From the human T2T-CHM13v2.0 reference genome, Homo sapiens: a stretch of DNA of 64,000 nucleotides. Positions 53,751 to 64,000 of the stretch are shown here, in pieces (within the stretch, counting starts at the first letter, position 1; every line of letters starts with the position of its first letter). The stretch is taken from NCBI RefSeq assembly GCF_009914755.1, contig NC_060944.1. One strand, written 5' to 3'. A program made the position numbers and the translations under genes. The notes below the pieces were generated by a model. That model did not search any database. It was not told the origin of the DNA and was given only the letters and a program-made list of their open reading frames with translations.

Positions 53751-55030
53751 AGTCATCAGCCCTTATCCACGGGGGGCTGAAGCAGGTGGGATAAAGCCAG
53801 AAAGAGGGGCGCTGTGGACTCTGTGCTCGTTGCCCTGGCACTCGTGCTGGTGCCTTGAGAGCACTCCCAGGCAGTAATGATCCCTCTGTGGGTTTCTCCG
53901 GGGTCAGCTGGGGTTTCTGCTCTGTGGACAGCAGCTGGAGGGAAACAGGAGTGAATCAGTCCATCACATGGAGTCATGGATGGACCAGTGTCTGAAGATA
54001 ACGCTGTCTTCTTCTGTCCTGGGGCTACGGTTCTCCCCAGATGCTGAAGAAATCATTGAAAGGACATGAAACAAATAGATATATTATAAAGCAAGAATAG
54101 TAAAATGTTAATGGTGGAGTCTAGGTGGTGAGTATAAGGTGTTCACTGTAAAATTTTTTGTTTAAAAACATTTAAAATAAAATATTGGGGTAAGTGACAC
54201 ACAGTCCTTTTGTTTTTTTAATTCCTTTTAAGTAAAAGGTTGACAGTGGGCGAGCTGAGAGTGTCTCTGATATCCTAGTTGACCTGACCCTGTTTACGGC
54301 ATGGAAACCCTTCAGTCCTCATTTGCACATTTCATGGTCACACCAATGGGCTCCTTCTTTTTGTCCTGTGTCTTCTCACAGACCTTGGCAAAACAAACAC
54401 AACAGTAGTGATGCCAACCATTTGGATATGCCAAAGGGAAGCCATAAAGGGCTTCCTTTAAGCCTTAAGAGATGAAAGTTTTTAAATTAAGAAATAAAAA
54501 TTGTATGCTGAGGTTGCTAAGATCTTCAGTAAGAATAAATCTTCTATCCTTGAAATTGAGAAGGAAAAAGAAACTCATGCTAGTTTTGCTGCTGCACCTC
54601 AAACTGCAAAAGATATGGCCACAGTGCACAAGTGCTTAGTTAAGATGGAAAAAACCATTAAATTTGTGGATGGGAGACATGAACAGAAACGTGTTCAGTC
54701 AGGTTCTGTATTAGCTGTGGTTTCAGGGTCCACTGGGAGTCCTGGAATGTATCCCCTGGTGGATAAGGGCTGATGATTGTCTGTGCCAATCACATTTCTC
54801 CACCCAACACTCTGGGGAAGACAGTTAAAATCCCACCTGACCCCAGGGCCTTTGCACTTGCTGTACCAGCTGCTGCCCACAGAGCAGAAACCCAGCTGAC
54901 CCCAGAGAAACCTGCAGAGGGATCATTACCGCCTGGGAGCACTCTCAAGGGACCAGCACGAGCGCCAGGCCACCGAGGACAGAGTCCACAGCACCCCTCT
55001 TCCTGGAAAGCCCACCTGCTTCAGGGCCCC
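53665..55030. repeat. Double inverted duplication (A 53665-53770 / A' 54759-54864; B ~53771-53938 / B' 54866-55030) bounding an inverted segment
   Basis: A vs reverse-complement A': 8 mismatches in 106 bp by hand alignment; B vs B' roughly 85% identical. Confidence 0.92.
54400..54780 (+). mobile_element. MER44 (Tigger7-derived) fragment
   Basis: GTATGCTGAGGTTGCTAAGATC...CACCTCAAACTGCAAAAG...ATCCCC...GGATAAGGG terminal repeat. Confidence 0.85.
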
Positions 55031-56267
55031 AGACACAGGCTGCAGCTCCCAGACCCCCTTAACTTCACATCAGAGACCCCAGAGCCAGAAAGGCCTTTGA
55101 AGGAAAGGCCTTCTTTTAGACCCATTTTTGTATTTGTTTTTGACAAATGAGGAAACAGAGGCACAAGACTCAGAGAATCCAGCTTCTTCCACTCACATCA
55201 CAAGCTGCGTCTGCCCAGAGTCGCCATGCCTAGCCTGGGGTTCCTGGTGCAAGACGACACACATAGACACAGAATGGGATTCGAGTTGGATTCACAAGGA
55301 AAAGGGTTTCCCCCAAAGCCTAAAGACGAAGAAAGGGTCAGACCAAATCATGTTTCCACCCAGTATCTTTTGAGTACTCCCTATGTCGGGCACTATTCTA
55401 CAGCCTAGGGCTACAGTAATGAAGACAGACACAATTCCTTCCCTCAGGAAGTGGAGGTGATGATGTTAGCAAATGAATACATGCAGTCATTTCAAAGAGA
55501 AATAAATTATAAGAAGAGAACAAAGGGAGGCAATGGGCCAGACAGCAAGGGTGGTAGTGGGGCTACTTTAGATGGACAAACTGGGGAGACTGTCCAAGGC
55601 CATGGTGAGGAGCTTGGATTACATTCCCATAAAATGAAAATGGGTTAGGGGGCTTAGATGGGGAAGGGACATGACCAGACATGTATTCTAACACCATCCT
55701 TCTGGCTGAGTGTGGAGAACAGATTGTCAAGGGTGAGGGTGGAAGCAGAGAGACCATCCTCTCTGGGTGGAAGCGAAGTCACTGTAATTGTCAGGCAGGA
55801 GCTGGTGATGCTTGGACTGGAGTGCATAGTGCAGACAGTGAAACGCCGTCAGACCCTGTACGTATCTGGGGGACTGGAGGTGGGGTTGAGGCAAAGAGAA
55901 GAGGAAAAACAACACCTGCATTTTAAGCTGAGCCACTAGGTTGATGATTGAGCCCCAGCTCTTCTCTCCTGGGAGCGATAAACATTTGCTATAAGATCTG
56001 TGATTCAAATAAGCTTAATATTAAGCTCAGATTATAACTTTGTGTCAGCGACTCTTGATGAAAACCAAGAAAATATCCTGGCATAAGAAAGTCTGATGGG
56101 GACACAGGAGAGCAGCACAAAGGAAACCATGGAAGCCTCAACATAGACGTATTATTTTTTCTCGCCATTATAAAGGTGGAGCAACTAGGGCACAGAAAGG
56201 TTAAGAAACTTGCTCCAGGTCACACAGCCAGAAAGCAGTAAAGCCAATATTTAAACCTAGTGCCATG

Positions 56268-56814
<547 letters not shown>

Positions 56815-58509
56815 TAGAGCCACGTTTTTTAATCACTGCACTATTGAACCAGTCTTCAGGTAGAGGATATTGAATTGTTCCAATTTGAAAGTTTATTTTT
56901 AATTGTAATACACAGTGTGACTGGGAATGTCTTTATATATTCATCTTTGCCTCCTTGAGCAAGTATTTCTGAAGATAAACTCTCTAGGGGGTGGAGACAG
57001 CAGTCTTAGGGTCCTGTGGAGTCTGTCAGCTTCCACCTGGCAGCCCTCCACTCTCACATCTTTGCCCGAAAGTCCTCCTTTCTACGAATGAGCCAGGGCC
57101 CCCTGCCCAACTGTTGAACTGGCCTTGGAAGGTGGCCAAGCTCCTTCCAGGAGGTGAGGGGTGGGGGGAGAATGCGTCTTCTGAACCTCTAAATAGACCC
57201 AGGTCAACAAGGCTCATCCCCTAAAGTCCAACACATTATCTCATGGCCGGCTTCAGCCAGCAAGCAGGCGGCCTCCTGAAAAATTTATCATTTGCTATTT
57301 TCTGCTCATCCATGCAGGAGTTCTGACAGTCCTCAGGGCCAGAGACTTCTCCACTGAGATAATCCCAGCATTCCATCCAGTTCCGGGGCAGAGAACAGCC
57401 GTCCATCCTCATTAGGGTCCGGTTAGGAGGATGAAGCCGGACACGCAAGATGAGGGGCTCATTCTGTTTCCTATTTTGGGGGTTGAGTGTGCAGGTTTTT
57501 ACTGAGAATGGCTTTTCCTTTCCCTACGTGAAGCGGTCACTCCTCCCTGAGCTGCCTCTTGGAAGTATCGAAAGCTCAGCGGAACTGGTTTTGTGAGCTT
57601 ACTGATCAGAAAGTGCTCGAAAGTGTCATCAAAGTTTCAAATCCATTAGGAAAATCTGTTTGGGTGATGTTCAAAGACCTTTAGGCTTTTGTCACCAGGA
57701 GGCTAAGAAAGAAGAGAAAAGTTTAGAAGCTGAGACCTTGTTTGTGTGGTTTCCTTTGGTCAAGGAGGCCATGGCAGTTGTGGGTCCTGCCAGGGTGTTA
57801 CTGGCTTAATTCAATTCAGACGACCTTTGATGAGCCTCTTTAGGTGCCAGGGCTCAGCCAGGCACTGGGGCACCCTGATGAGTGTGGTCTCTGACTTGGG
57901 GAGCAAATTGTCTAGCTCAGGTCCCCGAAAAACAGCCGTCTGCCTACAGTCTCATGATTTTGCAACATCTCTGTGACATCTGGGAAGAAGAGTGATTGCT
58001 GAAGCACAGGGCTGCGCTGTGAGCCCATTCCTGGGGGTGCCAACTAACTCAGCCACAGGCAAGAGTGTGTCTACAACTCCCAGAGCCCCCAGGGGAAGCA
58101 GGAGTCCCTCAGGAGAACAGGACAAAGACCATATGAGGCTCCCAGCTCAGTTCCCCGCTTGACTCTGCTTCTGGACAATTTTCAAACCTGAGACAAGACA
58201 GACATGTTCCCTCTTGGATCCAATTTCCATATAGTTAGGAATGTGGACCAAGGAACTGCAAAGGGCACACCTTGGCCTGGGGTTTCCAGGTGCTTTTCTT
58301 CTTTCTACAACCCCCCAAGTGATCTTTATTACATAAATAATAAACTGTCATTTTTAAAACTCAAAGAACACGAAGCAAAAGTAGTTCCTCATTTCCCAGT
58401 TTTCACACTCATCACCCCAGGCCAGTATCCTATTCAACGTGATGTGTGTCCTCTAAGAATACACAAACACACACACACAAACACACATGGGTTTTGGGGC
58501 CAAGGCAAA

Positions 58510-59000
58510 GAGCAACAGGGTGCTCTCTAGAGGGTGACTCCAGAGAGGGCCTCTCGGACGAGGTGACATCTGCAGAGCCTGGAGTGAGAGGACAAGCCAG
58601 GCAGATATCTGGGGAAGAGCAGCCTTGGCAGAGGGACCTGCAAGTGCAAAGGCCCTGAGGCAGGAGGGTTCTCAAGGGGGTTGGGGAGCAGCACAGAGGC
58701 CCATGTGGCTGCAGCAGGGGAGTGAGGTGGGGAGTGGCAGGGGCGGAGGTTGAAGAGAGGATGAGGGGTCAGGCCATGGAGGGCCTTGCAGGCCATGAGG
58801 AATATTTTGGCTTTTATTCTGCATGAGAGGGTGGGTCCCTAGAGGACTCTGAGTGATGGAATCTGATGAGCTGACCTAATAGGATGAAAGGCCCACCCTG
58901 GCTGCTGAATGGAGAACACAAGGCAGTGGCCGGAGGCGGAGCCAGGAACCCAACTAGGAGACTTGGACACTAGTCCAGGCAAGAGATGACAATGGTGAGA
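58510..59000 (-). mobile_element. L2
   Basis: GAGGTGACATCTG...CAAGTGCAAAGGCCCTGAGGCAGGA...TTTGGCTTTTATTCTG. Confidence 0.85.
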
Positions 59001-59496
59001 TACAGACAAGTCAAGATCCTGGCTTGACTGACTCCAGCTTCATTCTTCTCCCTGTCTCACCCTCCCTCCCTCTACCTTCCCAAAGAGTTCCCGACCTCAC
59101 GTACTCTGGCTATATCTATCATTTAAAAACATAGCCATGTTAGTCATCTGTCACACCCTGTGCTCCTGTGTCACCCAAGTCAGGTGTCCCAGGAACAGGT
59201 CTGGAGAGGGTGCTGTGGGCATCTGCTACTCAGACTTCTCTTGGGTAGAAGTCTCCAGACTGGCAAATTAGGTCTAAACCTTCAAAGTATCTGGGAAATG
59301 CCAAGTCCCCCCAAAACAGTGGTGGTTTGGACCTGGTCCTTTACAATGCTGAGTGAACTCATCATTTCCAAAAATGAGTGGCCGCGAGCAGTGACGCTAG
59401 AGCAGGTGAGATAATATTACATGCCATGTGATAAAGGCCCTCTTTTATGTGACAAAGGCCCTCTTTTACATTCTGTATTTATTTCAATATATATTA

Positions 59497-59576
59497 CTAG
59501 GTTGGTGCAAAAGTAATTATGGTTTTTGCCACTGAAGGTAACGACAAAAACCGCAATGACTTTAGCACCAACCTTA
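59497..59576. mobile_element. MADE1, canonical 80 bp
   Basis: TAGGTTGGTGCAAAAGTAATT...GCACCAACCT TIRs. Confidence 0.92.
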
Positions 59577-60455
59577 TTTTAAAAAAAAATAGAAAACAAG
59601 GATATGAGATCCATGATGACTCAGCCATAATTCCATGGGCTGAGGTTGAATTTAGAAAAGCGAGTCCATTTCAAGAGAAATAATCCATAGTCGTACAGGG
59701 CGTGCCCTGAGATGGCCTGAGCAGCACTCATGAGGGGGTGTGCAAATGGAAGACATTGAGAAACGGGGAGTTCCTGCCAAGCTGGGTGGTTTGGGCCCGG
59801 GTATTTAATTTCCTTTGGTCAAGGCGAGCAGAGGATCTTCCAGCCCATCAGAGTCACAGAAAGAGGTGTCAGGGTGACCTTACCCCCGGCCCAGAGCGGG
59901 TGGGAAGGTTTAGTCATGGAAAGAAATTGGATCTGTTTTTCTCCACATGTCCCCGGGGTTAATCTGGAGAAAACAAGTTTTGGTTGGCTGGCCCAGCTTC
60001 GCTTAAAATATTTAAAACTGGCTTCTTTTGCCCTTCACAGCAATATCTCCCAGGTTCTTACCTCCCATCTGAGCTGTCTGTCTGCATTAGGGCTGAGTTG
60101 CCGAAGGAGCATAGATCCTGTTTTTGTGTAAAAGATGCTGATTTATAGAACCTCTTTATTATGGCTGTTTTAATGAAGCGGGTTACTGTCCCCAAGGGGA
60201 GACTTAACTTGTAATGCCGCTAATGCATAGATGCTGCTGTCATTGAAAAGAATTGTTAAAATTGTACTTTAATAGTGAGTTGATATAAATCTTCAATGGC
60301 TTATTTGGACAGGGGTGAATGCACCCAACAAGTAGACGTGTAAGGGAGCTACAGACACGAGCTCCCACCAGCGAATCGCCTCTGAAGTTAGTGCCATGGA
60401 AACACAAGCACTCAAGACAGTGGTTTTATCCCTGGTAAAAATAAGACACCATTCC

Positions 60456-60911
<456 letters not shown>

Positions 60912-61292
60912 CTAAGGCAGAATCTGCAGACCCAGAGAAGACAAGTTCTCATCACCAACTGCCTCATCCTGGTTTGAGAAGAGCGGGCAAAGGATTGATT
61001 CTGCTTGGACTGGTCTGGATTCACGCATTCAACAAATATTTGCACCTTCTACGTGCCAGGCACTGTACTTCATCAAGACACCAAAGGGCTTTTGGCGTAG
61101 AAATAACATGAACTACAATACCCCGTGGCTGCAGGCTGCTCCCTGGGAGATGGAGGGGTAGGGTGGAGATGGTGAGGTGGCTCTGGCTAGTTGGTGTGAC
61201 TGCTGCCTCCTCCAGCCAGTTTCTGATTTTTAGCTCACTTTTAGTGAGCTCACATGGCACCCCCAGAGGGTGAAGTGTGGTTCTAAGCCATA

Positions 61293-61605
<313 letters not shown>

Positions 61606-62531
61606 TAAGCCATCTGTTTAAAGCATGTTATTTAATCTTTACAACTCCATGTGGTGCATAGTATTACTAACCCCATTTCATTGACAAGGAAACTGAGTCA
61701 CGTAGAGTTAAGAAATTCAACCCAGTGCATAAATGAAACAGCCAGAATTTGAACCATAGTTTGTTGAACTTCACAGTCTCTGTTTTAATCACTCTGCCAT
61801 CCCCTCCTCCAGGGAGCTGCCATGGCTGAAGTCAGATAATCAGCCCTAAAATTCAATATTTGGAACTTGGCAGGGTGTTTCCAGTCCTAGATGACAGAAA
61901 CGAGGCAGGGGCTGGTTGCTAAGCAACCTACTGGTTGGCAGTGGTGACTCCTGGGAGTGGGGAGGGGTCAATAGTGGACCCAGGTTATCATGGGATCAAG
62001 ATCTGACCAATCAGAGCATCCCATTTCCCCAGCTGTGGTGATTGGCTCTCAGGGTTGTGCATGTGAACCAAGTCACTCCAAAAGCAGCTGGACCAAGGAC
62101 TTTTCATCTCTGTTGGGAAAGAGGTGCCTGCCATCTGCTAGGGTGGCTGAGCTGGGATATTAATCCAGAGCTGCTGAGGGATTGTCCCTGTTGCTCCTAG
62201 GGGAAAATCTGCCTTAGAGTATAGCCACCGTGGAGATAATACGAGAGTCCAGAAAACAGTGTCAGCATCAGGATTGAGCTGAGCTTTATATGAGCCAATA
62301 AGTTCCCTTTCAGCAAGTTGGGCCTCCCACCACTTGTAGTTACAAGTAACCTCTAGCTACTGTAGGGCAAAGACTAGTGCCCCATTTGACAGGTGATACA
62401 ACTAAGGCTCCAAGCAGAAGACAGGAAAAGGGGAGGAGCCAACGTTAATCATCTAGTACTTGCCATTCACTGTCTATATTGCTTTATTTAATGCGACTAA
62501 GCTGGGTTGCAAGCTTTAGTGTGACACTGAC

Positions 62532-63020
<489 letters not shown>

Positions 63021-63177
63021 GAAGAAAGAAAGAAAGAGAAATAGAGGAAGGGAAGGAAGGAGGGAGGGAGGGAAGGAGGAAAGAAGGAAGGAAGGAAGGA
63101 AAGAAGGAAGGAAGGGAGGGAGGGAGTGAAGGAGGGAGGGAGGGAGCAGAGGGGAGGAGGGGAGGGAGGGAGGGAGG
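63021..63177. repeat. Polypurine (GAAA)/(GGAA)/(GGGA) repeat
   Basis: Seen directly. Confidence 0.95.
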
Positions 63178-63324
63178 CCCAAGGTCTGAAAGCCAGTGCT
63201 TCCAAGGGTAACCCTTTCCCCTTGACCCTTGCTCTTGCCCCCACAGTGTAGGAAGTTGAACTTTATTCTGCTGACATATCTGTGTTTGAGCTTCCAGACA
63301 AACTTCATATCTGCAACTGCGACA

Positions 63325-63600
63325 GTTCTGTCCCAGGCAGGATCCCAGCAGGAGGCAGATGGCAGATCTGCAGAGGGAAACTGAGGAGTGTACAATGGAG
63401 GGAGTGTTTACAAGGAGATAGCAGGTTAAAGGACCCCAAAGAGATGGTGACGGCCCCCAGGACTAGCATCAGAGGGAAGGGAAGCTGTTAGGACCCCAGG
63501 CCTGAAGCCGCCAAGGAAGAAGATGATGCGGAAGCCAGCAAGCGCTGCATGTGCAGGAGAGGATCCACTGCCCGGCATGAGCACGGCCTTGGGAAGAGAA
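63325..63600 (-). mobile_element. ERVL LTR40/LTR41-like fragment
   Basis: GGATCCCAGCAGGAGGCAGATGGCA...GGACTAGCA...GGGAAGCTGTTA...AGGCCTGAAG. Confidence 0.5.
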
Positions 63601-63669
63601 ACTCAGTTCTGCCAGCCTCTGCACTGCAAGCCTTTTGTCGAACATATGTTTAAATAAATAAAAGAAAAA

Positions 63670-63960
63670 GCAGCAGTTTTTAATTTTGATGCAACCCAAT
63701 TCATCTTTTTTGATGGCTGGTGCTATTTACATCCTATCTAAGGAATGCCTGTGTTCCCTTCTAGAAGTTTTAGAGTTTCAGCTTCTATGTTTAAGTCTGC
63801 AATCTATTTAACGTTAATTTTTGTATGGTATGAGTTAGAGGTTGAAGTTCATTTTTACCCTTTTTGAGTATTCATTTACTTCTAAACCATTTGTTGAAAA
63901 GACTTTCTTTTCCCCATTGAATTACCTTGTGCCTCTGGTGAACATTTGTTGAATATATAC
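63670..63960 (-). mobile_element. Old L1 ORF2 fragment
   Basis: GTTAATTTTTGTATGGTATGAG...CCATTTGTTGAAAAGACTTTCTTTTCCCCATTGAATTACCTTG. Confidence 0.8.
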
Positions 63961-64000
63961 AGACGCCTTCACCCTACCCCAGCCCTGGGGAAGCCCTGCT

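Noticed and set aside
54501-54773. 90-aa ORF resembling a transposase N-terminal helix-turn-helix
   Set aside because: Remnant of Tigger7 coding sequence in non-autonomous MER44; non-ATG start and truncated

Overview
This is primate (very likely human/hominoid) intergenic DNA. Alu J/S/Y, a young L1PA fragment, THE1/MST/MLT LTRs and an ERV9-type LTR12 are present, and I find no protein-coding gene, tRNA, rRNA or CRISPR. Every ORF I examined traces to satellite, transposon, microsatellite or chance sequence. The first ~4.3 kb is the right end of a SATR1/SATR2-type 49/98-bp satellite with higher-order structure. The rest is a mosaic of SINEs, old LINEs, DNA-transposon MITEs and solo LTRs, many nested with readable target-site duplications. 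Best-supported unusual structures: (1) a ~1.1-kb micro-inversion with inverted duplications at both breakpoints (53.66-55.03 kb); (2) a MADE1 MITE carrying a captured satellite-like fragment (5.18-5.30 kb); (3) hierarchical higher-order repeats in the satellite. A repeat-free, CpG-retaining stretch at 14.7-15.2 kb has weak single-frame resemblance to bornavirus nucleoprotein, which is speculative. Repeat family names come from recalled consensus sequences, not a RepeatMasker run, so subfamily calls and old-element boundaries are approximate. I could not determine the chromosomal locus.
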